From IMG/VR virus record IMGVR_UViG_3300030329_003290: DNA of 64,000 nt, one strand, 5' to 3'. The notes under the pieces were generated by a model. That model was given only the letters and a program-made list of their open reading frames with translations, searched no databases and was not told the origin of the DNA. This stretch comes from an uncultured virus (IMG/VR IMGVR_UViG_3300030329_003290). Its lineage: Duplodnaviria; Heunggongvirae; Uroviricota; Caudoviricetes. Shown in pieces: positions 28,701-37,530 of the stretch. The position numbers and the translations under genes are program-made. Numbering within the stretch: position 1 is the first letter of the stretch; each line of letters begins with the position of its first letter.

Positions 28701-28775
28701 ATTTCTATCAGGTTGACTATTCTTCCATAAATCGATTTTTGCTTGTATCTGTTCCTCTGATAAATATTCAGGCAT
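25761..28775 (-). CDS. Baseplate / tail-tube initiator-like protein with long N-terminal extension
   Basis: C-terminal FRAILNGIQD...YIGRPDKLYIYKGADRDISFSFKV...PFMRLTLGDM...WELD...PKHINVSCQF resembles tube-fold baseplate proteins; lies between tape measure and LysM wedge genes. Confidence 0.6.
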   Translation of the reverse strand: MPEYLSEEQIQAKIDLWKNSQPDRNTLSADKTGATITNPIDSQIAYGVDFFDDETSSHTGFVPKTDLESRYHQMQDATIAPAWPDAAVTSEKTRNAYDNNLVGQENLGAGFRPDGGIGLSITSHILDTDVIAAPGGGVSYFGNLLPIEGRASLFFRDPDIYSWNNWGAIPPGVHNESIYPNTNRVYPNFDITQQTTLYNIPDLNGGTFSFDNSNYTPTDPYAANALTTPFMGTPINGFGIGATYLSNEDIPNQTSVYTVLPIESSAAANTMLGTTANYLGTSNLGGFDFPLSTYGYPSVEDGGTILDRYTAFTGNYFEYGTDGEAAPDSPAKHYPINEFLNVPAGLNTSNLFGTDSMRNVSNTGPHSGDFDLHPIIIRNFGTNWSDQLPVNFYPAVNSEFQDPFGLISNLYVNMSAVWTVRLRKWSQSVAGGVWYADQQKLQKLNPQAETRTLNFSALFGDLGNTNADAMLAYTHKARHQFADTNRYEKMIRGGNLPDFIVDNLPDGLTNPSDLQEAQEFGYGSRIAMQGNYDISPNVRVEFSLFGVQGDFEAGDSPLPLNLGIFFANPNRYTSTLSSAPVSIVDGIPSFTISPGTGEGTTAKSDADSILAKQGGTFNVDSNQLETDRSGIAQRYATLAYGRLNKQHSYEKELKSPGELLGFIKDADLSPGSIFPSAVFQGDVFGYDFTISVGDVPSVGKHQRRKKDKKIVDAIGMHQKQTNPATSLVETVDPKLGVIKKSVFDVSGLGIPGGVSDAVDKINYARYGARVQGEDVFYTKTQKARDFIKFRFYDVMNKKYIVFRAILNGIQDSITTDYGEEKYIGRPDKLYIYKGADRDISFSFKVYPKTKQELPFLMEKLNYLIGMCYPKISQQARMQTPFMRLTLGDMFDEAPGLLRSVSVSVDDNTTWELDRSLQFPKHINVSCQFRYIGAHVPSNQSTEWYSGLKGSDIEPSLADIFDSYFTFDLGVEGTLVDTAIGAIKDSETVQEAYAAGKKWVGGLFK

Positions 28776-30319
28776 TAGCCACTCCCAATTTGTCCAAGTT
28801 TTCTAATAACTTTTTCATTTTCTTCGGTATTTGCTTCTCTGAGAGCCTTTGTTTCTTTTACCAAATCATCCATTTTTTCATTAGTTTTATTAGATGCTTC
28901 TAATTGATCTTTAGCAGGTGGTGGTTTTACATTACGACCAGCCTCTATACTACCACCAGTTGTTATTGCTCGTAAATCAGAAAGAGTTAGTCCAGGAAGA
29001 GCATCTGTTAGCATATTTTGTACTGTACGATTTCTTTCAAGATCAGCTGCTGTAAATTGTTGTCTGATTTGTTGTTGTAAAGCACCCATATCATTCATAT
29101 TAGCAGCTTGTATCATACCTGTTAAATCAACATTTCTTCCAAGTGCTTGACTCAACTGAGCACTTGATTCCATAACCTTTTTTACATCTAGCATACTATC
29201 TGCTAAACTATCTAATTTACTAAGTTCTAAACCTATCTTCTCTGCTTCAATAGCAGCTCTAAATAATGAATCAGCACCTTTTGCTCCAGCTCTGGCAAAT
29301 AAATCTGTATCTTTAGCAATCTGTGACATAACTCTAGCAGGTGCAACTTTTGAAGATTCAGCCAAATTATCAAGTGACTTTAATGTGTTTACATTTGTCT
29401 CAATAGATTGTCCATTTACATCAGTCATAATTTTTAGTAATGCTCCAGCTTCATTTCCTGCTAATCCAGTGTGAGCAACTAAATCACCAACTGCAGCTGA
29501 GGTACTTAATGAGATAACACTCAAATCACCAAATGCTTCAGCCATACCCTTTACAGCTTCTCTACCTTTCTCCATAGATCCACCAGCCATAAGAGCAGCC
29601 ATACCAGCTGCTTCCATATTAATTGAGAGTCTACCAGCTTCGATAGCGGAAATACCCAACTCATCTCTCATTTCTTTAGCTTGTTTTGCAACTCCTATAA
29701 GATAATTTACTAAAGCAATAGCAGCAGCAACTATTAGTCCAATAGGACCTGTAGCGGTCATTATACCTCGAATTGTGGTCATTATTCCACCCATCATTCC
29801 ATCTATAGCACCAAAGAGTTCTTGTTTTACTTTGAATACATTCCCTATATTCGGTGAGTTTTCAACTGTTTTTCCTATATCCTCAGCAGCGTCCCTGAAT
29901 TTGCCAGATAAACCAAGAGCAGCTTCTTGTACATCTAAATGATCCATCTCCCCTTTCAGGACACCTTCCATTATTTTTCCTAATTCTTTTGATTGTCTGA
30001 TAGCCTCTTTGTCATTTGAAGCAGCTGCTTCTTTCATAACCTCTCGCATACCCTCAATACCTAAAGTTTTTTCTGCTTGATCACCAAAGGTTTTTCCGAA
30101 ATCATTCATCTGTGATGTTAAGTCTCGTTGAGATTTTTTTACCCCTATAATCTCTTTTTCTGCAGCTTTGATTTTTTCTAAAGTCTTATTGTACTCCTTT
30201 ATACGGTCCATACCCTTTTTGACTTCTAATCCATAATTTTTCTGACCAATAGCTAGTGCTTCTAACTTAGCTATCTGTTCTTCCAATAAGGCTATATCAT
30301 CTCTTGTTCTATTTGCCAT
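28775..30319 (-). CDS. Putative tape measure protein
   Basis: Ala/Gly/Met-rich helical protein with hydrophobic GPIGLIVAAAIALV segment, downstream of tube and chaperone genes. Confidence 0.65.
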   Translation of the reverse strand: MANRTRDDIALLEEQIAKLEALAIGQKNYGLEVKKGMDRIKEYNKTLEKIKAAEKEIIGVKKSQRDLTSQMNDFGKTFGDQAEKTLGIEGMREVMKEAAASNDKEAIRQSKELGKIMEGVLKGEMDHLDVQEAALGLSGKFRDAAEDIGKTVENSPNIGNVFKVKQELFGAIDGMMGGIMTTIRGIMTATGPIGLIVAAAIALVNYLIGVAKQAKEMRDELGISAIEAGRLSINMEAAGMAALMAGGSMEKGREAVKGMAEAFGDLSVISLSTSAAVGDLVAHTGLAGNEAGALLKIMTDVNGQSIETNVNTLKSLDNLAESSKVAPARVMSQIAKDTDLFARAGAKGADSLFRAAIEAEKIGLELSKLDSLADSMLDVKKVMESSAQLSQALGRNVDLTGMIQAANMNDMGALQQQIRQQFTAADLERNRTVQNMLTDALPGLTLSDLRAITTGGSIEAGRNVKPPPAKDQLEASNKTNEKMDDLVKETKALREANTEENEKVIRKLGQIGSG

Positions 30320-30325
30320 AATTTA

Positions 30326-30511
30326 TTAGTAAGGGGCGTATCCCTTTTTTAAGTCGTTAGCAATATCTTTCAATGTACTATCTAACTTTTCTAGATCTTT
30401 TTGTAGTTGTGGATTCTTTTTCAAAGTTTGTTGAGCAGCTTTATTCAATTTCTTGTTTTTCCACTTCTCGTAGAATCTCATTATCATATTCTCTGTCGTC
30501 AATTTTTTCAT
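30326..30511 (-). CDS. Small hypothetical protein
   Basis: Likely start MKKLTTEN at 30511, after a GGAG SD and an upstream GATATTTAT motif. Confidence 0.55.
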   Translation of the reverse strand: MKKLTTENMIMRFYEKWKNKKLNKAAQQTLKKNPQLQKDLEKLDSTLKDIANDLKKGYAPY

Positions 30512-30576
30512 AAAATACTCCGTGATTATAAGATTGGAACTATACAATAATAAATATCACAAAGTACTATTTTTTA

Positions 30577-30774
30577 TTAGAAACCTTTTCTAGCTTTTTC
30601 TAATTCTTCTTGTTGTTCTTTGTAATGTTTTACTAATCTTTTTAGATAGAAAGTACGCATATGAATTGGCATATTGTATACTTCTGTAAAAGAAAACATT
30701 CCTTGTGAGTTGAATGCTATTTGGAATATTTGTTCGTGAATTTCGTTCTTATATTCTAGCGGTAGGCCAAAGAA
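30577..30774 (-). CDS. Putative frameshift extension of the tail assembly chaperone (gp51-like / GT-type)
   Basis: Open frame FFGLPLEYKNEIHEQIFQIAFNSQGMFSFTEVYNMPIHMRTFYLKRLVKHYKEQQEELEKARKGF* overlaps the 3' end of the upstream gene in the +1 frame and has no start codon at its beginning. Confidence 0.6.
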   Translation of the reverse strand, partial: FFGLPLEYKNEIHEQIFQIAFNSQGMFSFTEVYNMPIHMRTFYLKRLVKHYKEQQEELEKARKGF

Positions 30775-31492
30775 ACTGAACGGTCATCGGGACCGTTGTT
30801 TCCCTCCTTTCTCCTGTACTGTCTGTGTATTCCCAGCTCATATCGACATCAGGAGAAATGTCTTCAATGTGACCTCTAAGTGAAATAGCGTCACGTGATA
30901 AAAGTTGATTGTCTACAAAATCATTTATATAAGCTCTATCTGCATTCCCACCTACTGACACTATCTGATGTTTCATTCTGGTAGTCAAAGTAAAAGATAC
31001 ACCACCACTTATTTTCATCAATCCCTCTACTTCTTTTTGTACTGAATTTTCTTCAGCTGAAGTTATGAATTTGAATTGTACTTTCACTTTAGTCATAGGT
31101 AACTCATACTCAAATAAATTACCATTCACAACTAATTTCTCATCTAAAAATTTATCTTTTAGTTTAGTCAAATCAATAACTATATCTTCATCACCAACTT
31201 TGACTTTATAATCCTTTCCATATGCTAATATTCTAGCCGCTATAAGAAGAGCATTTTTGTCTCCTAATAACATTTCATTTAAATTTATACTTTTATCTAC
31301 AACAATGCTTTCTAATAATTTATCAACAACAATACCTTGTTTTATTAGATTGGGTGAAGTTAGAATATCTTCATCCTTTGCTGTCATATATCTTATCTCA
31401 ATTTTACCGCTAGACATTGGATTATCTTTTGGATATAATAATCCTCTTGACGGCAAATCTACCACTTCTGTGGGAAATTTGACTTCAGCCAT
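30749..31492 (-). CDS. Baseplate hub assembly protein / tail assembly chaperone (T4 gp26-like)
   Basis: VDLPSRGLLY, IRYMTAKDEDIL, GDKNALLIAARILAYG, ending VQFLWP. Confidence 0.75.
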   Translation of the reverse strand: MAEVKFPTEVVDLPSRGLLYPKDNPMSSGKIEIRYMTAKDEDILTSPNLIKQGIVVDKLLESIVVDKSINLNEMLLGDKNALLIAARILAYGKDYKVKVGDEDIVIDLTKLKDKFLDEKLVVNGNLFEYELPMTKVKVQFKFITSAEENSVQKEVEGLMKISGGVSFTLTTRMKHQIVSVGGNADRAYINDFVDNQLLSRDAISLRGHIEDISPDVDMSWEYTDSTGERRETTVPMTVQFLWPTARI

Positions 31493-31525
31493 ATTTGACT
31501 CCTATGATTTAGTTTCGTACTATAA

Positions 31526-31735
31526 CTATTTTTTACCGAACTTTTCAGCTGCTGTGACACCAAGTCCAACTACTGAAATGTACATAAAACATTCTAAAAT
31601 TTTGTCTTTTACTTCGAATGCGGAAAAGGTGTCAGCACCCCAACTACATATCAACATAAAGAATGCCATAAAACCGACAAATCTTTTACTTGAAATCTTC
31701 GCATCACTCGAAAGCATTTCTCTGAAAAAACTCAT
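31526..31735 (-). CDS. Small two-TM membrane protein (holin-like)
   Basis: SSKRFVGFMAFFMLI and FMYISVVGLGVTAAEKF hydrophobic segments, basic C-terminus. Confidence 0.5.
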   Translation of the reverse strand: MSFFREMLSSDAKISSKRFVGFMAFFMLICSWGADTFSAFEVKDKILECFMYISVVGLGVTAAEKFGKK

Positions 31736-31744
31736 ATAAACTCC

Positions 31745-32233
31745 TTAGAATTGTAGGATAGCGTAATCGTATTGTAGTGTTAGTGTGATATCAGCTGGTT
31801 CATTTACAGACCAATCGATACTACCAAAGTTAGCTGCTTGTATGTAAGCACCTTTCAATGTCCACTCTTCTACTTTATCTCCTACAGGACCTAACATATT
31901 GAAAGTAACATCTTTTTTATAAAAATCTGAATATCCATCTCTACCCGTAACAGATTCATGCGATAATCTTACCCATTCCATTACTGCTTGTGCGCCAGAT
32001 GGTACAATTGGATCATATAATGTGATTTCCAATGTTTGCCACGCACCTTTACCTTTCACATATCTTTGAACATTGATATGATCTAAAGTAATGGTTTCAA
32101 AATTTATTTGTGGTCTATTACCACTTTTTATAATGTAAGCAGGAACGCCTTCAATGTACATAATGAACCTGTTCTTTAGTTTAGGTTCAAACGGAGTGAA
32201 CATTATCTCTGAAGGATCTATTAAGTCTGGCAT
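31745..32233 (-). CDS. Tail tube protein (T4 gp19-like)
   Basis: FEPKLKNRF, ITLYDPIVPSGAQAVMEW, YKKD, LGPVGDKVEEWTLKGA, LTLQYDYA. Start MPDL follows AGGAG; directly after the sheath gene. Confidence 0.9.
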   Translation of the reverse strand: MPDLIDPSEIMFTPFEPKLKNRFIMYIEGVPAYIIKSGNRPQINFETITLDHINVQRYVKGKGAWQTLEITLYDPIVPSGAQAVMEWVRLSHESVTGRDGYSDFYKKDVTFNMLGPVGDKVEEWTLKGAYIQAANFGSIDWSVNEPADITLTLQYDYAILQF

Positions 32234-32344
32234 TTCAGTTCTCCTATAAATTTTTAATTCTTCGTATATAAATATCATCTAAATCGAATTTTCGTTCAAA
32301 TCATTTTCTCTTTTCTTTCATAGTTTTTTTATAGTTTTTCAAAT

Positions 32345-32376
32345 AAAAAAAAAGGGGCTCGTAATTGAGCCCCTTT
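32345..32376 (-). terminator. Rho-independent terminator after the tail sheath gene
   Basis: AAAGGGGCTC-AATTAC-GAGCCCCTTTTTTTTT. Confidence 0.85.
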
Positions 32377-32395
32377 AATCATTCACACCTCCTTG

Positions 32396-34846
32396 TTATT
32401 CAGGAAATGCTGCCCCAGTAGGTAATACTGAGAAGTCCAATACAATGAACTCAGCAGTTCTTGTTGGTTGTATGAATATCTGTCCAACTAACTGATTTCT
32501 GTCTATGACATCAGGTGTGTTGTTAGACTCATCCATTACAACTCTGAATGCTGACAATCCACTATTGGATTGTACTGATTCTAAGAACGGATTCACTATA
32601 TTTAAGAACCTAGTTCTTGTAGCACTATCATTTTGTTCGAACACTAAGAATCTACTTGAAGAAGCAATAAATTTCTTCAATCTGATAAGTAGTCGTCTTA
32701 CATTGATTCTATCAAGAGCAGATGGTTTAGCTTGTAATGTTTTTTGTCCAAACACCACAACACCTTGACCAGGAAATGTAGCAATCGGATTCACACGACC
32801 CTCATACAATCTATCTCTATCTGTATGAGTTAGTTTTTTCTTAGCCATTCTTACACTAGCTAATCCACCACGATTTAATCCAGCAGGAGCAAACCATTCG
32901 TGCGCCACATTATCTGTAAAAGCAATAACACCAGGAATTACTACTGATGGTGGCACCCACACACCCTCACCAGTATCTGGATCATCTATCTTTACCCAAG
33001 GATAATATGTACCAACATAGTTAGTATCTAATGTTTTGATATTACTAATTGCTGCAGCAACAGAGTCTCCCCAAGAAGAACCATCCATCACATAAAAAGC
33101 ATCAGCTCTAGCTTCAACTTTATCTATTGCATGATTGGTAACTGATGGATGTAGACTATGATTTACACCAGGTGTTACTAGCATATTAATATCTATCTCA
33201 TCTGGATTACTTACAGAGTTAATAGCCCTTCTCCAAGCAATAGAACCACTCTTAGCAGAAGTACTACAATCAAATCCCATCACATTAGCAGCTGTTATAT
33301 CATTACCAGTATTCAAAAGAGCGTTTGGAGCTATACCATCAAATCCATACTGCATTGGTACAGCAAATTTCAACTGTACAGCAGAAGATGATATATTCAA
33401 ACTGGTAGCAGAACCAGCAAACTCAGCACCATATTGAGTCTGTAGTGTTGTTAGATCAGCACCAGTACCGAACCCTTTCATATTTGTTAATAGAAAGTGA
33501 GCATTTACTCCAGTATCAGCACCCTTTGGAATCGGTGCCAGATATTGTCTAGCATCATTTATATCAATTTCAGAAAAATGATTTGGATTCAACTGAAATC
33601 CATAAGCAACATCAGGATTATATGCTCCTACATTAGTGTTCTTTTCTTGTACCCTATTTATTGAACCAGTAGGTACTTGAGCAGTAGCAATAATGGGTTC
33701 ATATACTTTAGAAAATCCCATTGGTTGAGCATTTTTAGATGCTTTTAGGTTATCATAGTTAGCATCACCCACTCTAAGCCAAGCATGTCGATTTGGATAG
33801 TCTCCGTGCACTGTTATATTTCCATCGTTATCTACTTCTTGAAATTGATCACCAATTGCTTTAGCAAAATGTGTTGGTGAAGCAGGATCGAAATTCAATT
33901 GAGTCATTTCATTACCAACAGGATTACCCTCTACATCATAAAGTTGTAAAGAAAATTCAGCATAATTTTCAGCAGCATTTGTACTAGCAGCTTGTTTTAC
34001 ATCTTTTATTACTACATAATAATCATTAGTATTAGTACCATCCGATCTCATATAGAGTCTGAATAATTCATTACTGTTTTGGTCTAAAATCATAGGTGTG
34101 CGTCCAGCCATAGCACCACTACTTCCATTGAATGTGGTTACATATGTACTGGCATTTACACTTTGAGTAGCTCCTTCAAAATCAAATTCAGATGAAGCAT
34201 GAACTTCAATACTCATACTAGCTGCAGAAGCTAGAGAACCAGCTTTGATTGATTGTGATACAGCAGTTCTAAAGAACTTATAAGTGTAAAGTGGAGCTGA
34301 AGTACCATCGATTGTTTGAATATTAGCATCTGTATCGACTTTCTTTGGTAAGTAATCAGCTGAATTAGCAGCTGTTTCCATTATACTTAGATTAGTAAGA
34401 CTAGCAGTAGCATTTGAACCTATTAGGTTTATATCAATGTTACCAGCATGAAAGTCATTACCACGCGATGCTGAAACAGCACCACCTGTGTTATTTACAG
34501 CTGGTAAAAATGTTGCAACTACCTGTTTAGCTGCTCCAGCTGAACGACTCATCACCAAATTAACTCCATTAGCTTTATATCCGCCTAAATATCCAACTCT
34601 GACTACGGTTACTGAACCTGCAGACCTTAAATATTCTCTTACGGTGTAAGGTGTATAATAGTTTTTGGTATATCCACCAAAAGTATTTTCGAACTCTTGA
34701 AAAGTATTTATTTGTGTAGGAACAAATGAAGGACCTTTTAATGTAGGACCAACAATAGCAGCTCCAATTGCCGCAACTCCAGCAGGCAAAAAGGATAAAT
34801 CTTTTTCACGAGTAAATACACCTGGACTGACAATTCTCTCTGCCAT
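32396..34846 (-). CDS. Contractile tail sheath protein (T4 gp18-like)
   Basis: SPGVFTREKDLS, YYPWV, VPPS, WFAPAGLNRG, GQKTLQ, DRINVRRLL, IQPTRTAEFI. Confidence 0.96.
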   Translation of the reverse strand: MAERIVSPGVFTREKDLSFLPAGVAAIGAAIVGPTLKGPSFVPTQINTFQEFENTFGGYTKNYYTPYTVREYLRSAGSVTVVRVGYLGGYKANGVNLVMSRSAGAAKQVVATFLPAVNNTGGAVSASRGNDFHAGNIDINLIGSNATASLTNLSIMETAANSADYLPKKVDTDANIQTIDGTSAPLYTYKFFRTAVSQSIKAGSLASAASMSIEVHASSEFDFEGATQSVNASTYVTTFNGSSGAMAGRTPMILDQNSNELFRLYMRSDGTNTNDYYVVIKDVKQAASTNAAENYAEFSLQLYDVEGNPVGNEMTQLNFDPASPTHFAKAIGDQFQEVDNDGNITVHGDYPNRHAWLRVGDANYDNLKASKNAQPMGFSKVYEPIIATAQVPTGSINRVQEKNTNVGAYNPDVAYGFQLNPNHFSEIDINDARQYLAPIPKGADTGVNAHFLLTNMKGFGTGADLTTLQTQYGAEFAGSATSLNISSSAVQLKFAVPMQYGFDGIAPNALLNTGNDITAANVMGFDCSTSAKSGSIAWRRAINSVSNPDEIDINMLVTPGVNHSLHPSVTNHAIDKVEARADAFYVMDGSSWGDSVAAAISNIKTLDTNYVGTYYPWVKIDDPDTGEGVWVPPSVVIPGVIAFTDNVAHEWFAPAGLNRGGLASVRMAKKKLTHTDRDRLYEGRVNPIATFPGQGVVVFGQKTLQAKPSALDRINVRRLLIRLKKFIASSSRFLVFEQNDSATRTRFLNIVNPFLESVQSNSGLSAFRVVMDESNNTPDVIDRNQLVGQIFIQPTRTAEFIVLDFSVLPTGAAFPE

Positions 34847-34930
34847 GTGTTTTCTCCTTAATTATTGAGGTTGTTAATAAATTTATATATAAGTATAAAG
34901 TAAATTTCCCAAATACACATATATACAAGT

Positions 34931-35224
34931 TTATTTTGGATCTTCTTCAGTATTACGAGGTGTAAATTCACCAGTCTGTGGATTTAACACTCCCTGACCA
35001 TATTTGCTATTGAGACTCTCTAATAATTCTCTTTCAATCTTCTGAGTTTCAATATAATCTTGTTCAAGTTTATCTTCATTTTCCACAATCTGTTCCAATT
35101 GCTGTTCAATTAACAGCCTTTGAATTCTGAGTTGTCCAAAATTATCTCTTATAGTATTGTATTTTACACCCAAATCTGTAATAGATTTTAGTTCTTCTTC
35201 ACTTACTTTGTTTGTATCACTCAC
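34931..35224 (-). CDS. Coiled-coil hypothetical protein
   Basis: 97 aa, helical, ending KYGQGVLNPQTGEF. Confidence 0.6.
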   Translation of the reverse strand: MSDTNKVSEEELKSITDLGVKYNTIRDNFGQLRIQRLLIEQQLEQIVENEDKLEQDYIETQKIERELLESLNSKYGQGVLNPQTGEFTPRNTEEDPK

Positions 35225-35238
35225 ATTATACTCCTATG

Positions 35239-37530
35239 TTATTTCTTTTCATTGAAAAAGAAGACTTGATATAGCCTTGAATTATCAATTGATTCACCAA
35301 AATATGAACCAGCCGTATGTAAATGTCTTCCATTCCATAAAATTAATCTGTTATATACATTTCCAATGTCATCTATTTTTTCAAATGGATGTGTGTCCCA
35401 TTGTGCTTCATTACCTATGAATACATCATCAAGACCCTCATCCCTCATTTTTTTACCAGTATCTTTATGTTTCATCAACCAAGTACCTGTTCTAGGTGGT
35501 GCATCAGGAGTTAGAAAAATAACAGCAGCCCAATCTGTGGCATCACAATGAACTACTTGCCCAGTTGATGCTGGAGACCATTGGTAACATCCGTGCGTAC
35601 CACCATCTCCACCCCATTCAGCATCTTCAGTTTTTATACCCAACAACTCTTCAAATACTGGTCTATAAACCTCTCCATATGGATAAGGTTTAGACCTAAG
35701 TCCAACCGAACCACGCTTTTCATATTCACTGTTAGGTATATTTAGTGCTATTTGCCTAACTTCATCTGGATTATCTAAAAAATTATCAACCACCACTATA
35801 GTTGGGTTATTACTTGGACGAACTATCGGTTGTGTAAGTCTATACATAGACTGACCTTTTTCTTTTTTAGCAGAATAAATGTCTCCACCCCATTTTTTTT
35901 CATTTTTCTCCGATTTATCTAGTATATCTTGTAAATTACCAAGATCTTTTCTAGTAACTTTGCCATCTCCTGTTTTCTGAGACTGAATAAATTTATCACC
36001 TAATGTAAGTTGTTTTTTATCGTTTACAGGCACCGCATTTTCACATTTTCTACATAAATCAAAGCATTGATTGTTTTCAGGTATAGCATCTTCAAATGAT
36101 TGTTCATATAAATTACCAGTAATATGATCAAGACCATAATCCATACAACATAAAGATATATCACCGTTGGGTAGTAAAATATTATGATATAAATCTTCTA
36201 CACACCCACAAGTCAACTCTACATCTTTATAATTCTCTTCATTGAACTTAGCAGCGTCTGATACTCTTCCAGCTACTCTTCTGAGTTCAGGCTTTACCAT
36301 AGCCTCACCCCTCAAATTTCCAGCTCTAGACCACATTTGTGGTATATGAATCTCATCTTCAGACCAAAGATTCAAATCCAATATTTTATCATCAACTTTA
36401 CCCATTGACATCAAATAAAAACTATTTAGGTTAGCTTCTTTTATAGCCTTTATAACTTCTATATATCGTTTAGTAACAGGATGTTTTGCCAGATGTTCTT
36501 CATCAGGTAAATGTAATGTAAAACCACCATTAGGACCATCATCATATGGTATATGTTTTATTTTTTCAACATCATCTATTGTCATACCAACTGCCGTAGT
36601 AAATACTGCAACAGGATGTCCCCTTTCATGAGCATATATCATCATATCAGAACAGTGTTTGTTCATAAATGGTTCTATGAAACCTGAAAATATTATCCTA
36701 ACCTCTGTCGGTACTTTATCAATAGCTCTTTTAAAATCAGCCATAGACATATACCACATCTCATCATTATATGATTTTTTTAGTATTTCTTGTGGACAAA
36801 AAACACAATCAACTACGCATCCTTTTTTTGGTATAACAGTTGTAATTTCTAATGTAGGAAATTCGGTTACACTCCACTTAGGATTAGCCTGTTCACTTTC
36901 GATATTTGGTATGTCATCAGGATCAGGAACAATTTCTTCCAATATAGGTTTTTCTAATTCTTCTTTTTTTTCAGGCCATCCTATATTATTCAGATTAGAA
37001 ACAACTAGCTCTGTATAAAATGGATTCATCGTATGATTCATATGTAAATCATATAATATTTCTCGCGATTCTTCTATTTTTTGAGCATGCCACCCATTTA
37101 CAGCTTTCTGAAATAATAATCTATAATAATCATACTCAAATGGTAATTTTGTTACTCTTCTAGCATTATCTTTATGACTTATACCAATTGTACAGTAACT
37201 ATAACATTGAAATGGTTCATCAATTTCCATCGTTTTGGATAATAAGTAATAAGCCTCTGGTCTATTTGGCAAAACACTAATTGCGTGATACAAACAAACT
37301 TTAGTATGTATATTTCTATTTCCTTGAAAGAAAAAACATTGTGAAGCTAAACATAAACTCTCATATACAATATTACTATCATCGGACATCTCCGCTATTC
37401 TATTCAAATATGACATAGCAGAAGCATATTGTTTTTCGTCATAATACTCTCTTGCTAAATCTAATTGAATTCGTATATTGGTAGTGTCTTTACCATAATC
37501 TTCCAGTAATGATTTTATTTTTAGATTCAC
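35239..37530 (-). CDS. TPR + radical SAM/SPASM + 2OG-Fe(II) oxygenase-like (DUF6445-like) fusion
   Basis: N-terminal TPR (PNRPEAYYLLS); CVVDCVFC = CxxxCxxC; SPASM-like CGC...ILLPNGDISLCCMD...CRKCEN; C-terminal VVVDNFLDNPDEVR...HCD...WAAVIFLTP...NVYNRLILW...H...RLYQVFFF. Confidence 0.8.
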   Translation of the reverse strand: MNLKIKSLLEDYGKDTTNIRIQLDLAREYYDEKQYASAMSYLNRIAEMSDDSNIVYESLCLASQCFFFQGNRNIHTKVCLYHAISVLPNRPEAYYLLSKTMEIDEPFQCYSYCTIGISHKDNARRVTKLPFEYDYYRLLFQKAVNGWHAQKIEESREILYDLHMNHTMNPFYTELVVSNLNNIGWPEKKEELEKPILEEIVPDPDDIPNIESEQANPKWSVTEFPTLEITTVIPKKGCVVDCVFCPQEILKKSYNDEMWYMSMADFKRAIDKVPTEVRIIFSGFIEPFMNKHCSDMMIYAHERGHPVAVFTTAVGMTIDDVEKIKHIPYDDGPNGGFTLHLPDEEHLAKHPVTKRYIEVIKAIKEANLNSFYLMSMGKVDDKILDLNLWSEDEIHIPQMWSRAGNLRGEAMVKPELRRVAGRVSDAAKFNEENYKDVELTCGCVEDLYHNILLPNGDISLCCMDYGLDHITGNLYEQSFEDAIPENNQCFDLCRKCENAVPVNDKKQLTLGDKFIQSQKTGDGKVTRKDLGNLQDILDKSEKNEKKWGGDIYSAKKEKGQSMYRLTQPIVRPSNNPTIVVVDNFLDNPDEVRQIALNIPNSEYEKRGSVGLRSKPYPYGEVYRPVFEELLGIKTEDAEWGGDGGTHGCYQWSPASTGQVVHCDATDWAAVIFLTPDAPPRTGTWLMKHKDTGKKMRDEGLDDVFIGNEAQWDTHPFEKIDDIGNVYNRLILWNGRHLHTAGSYFGESIDNSRLYQVFFFNEKK

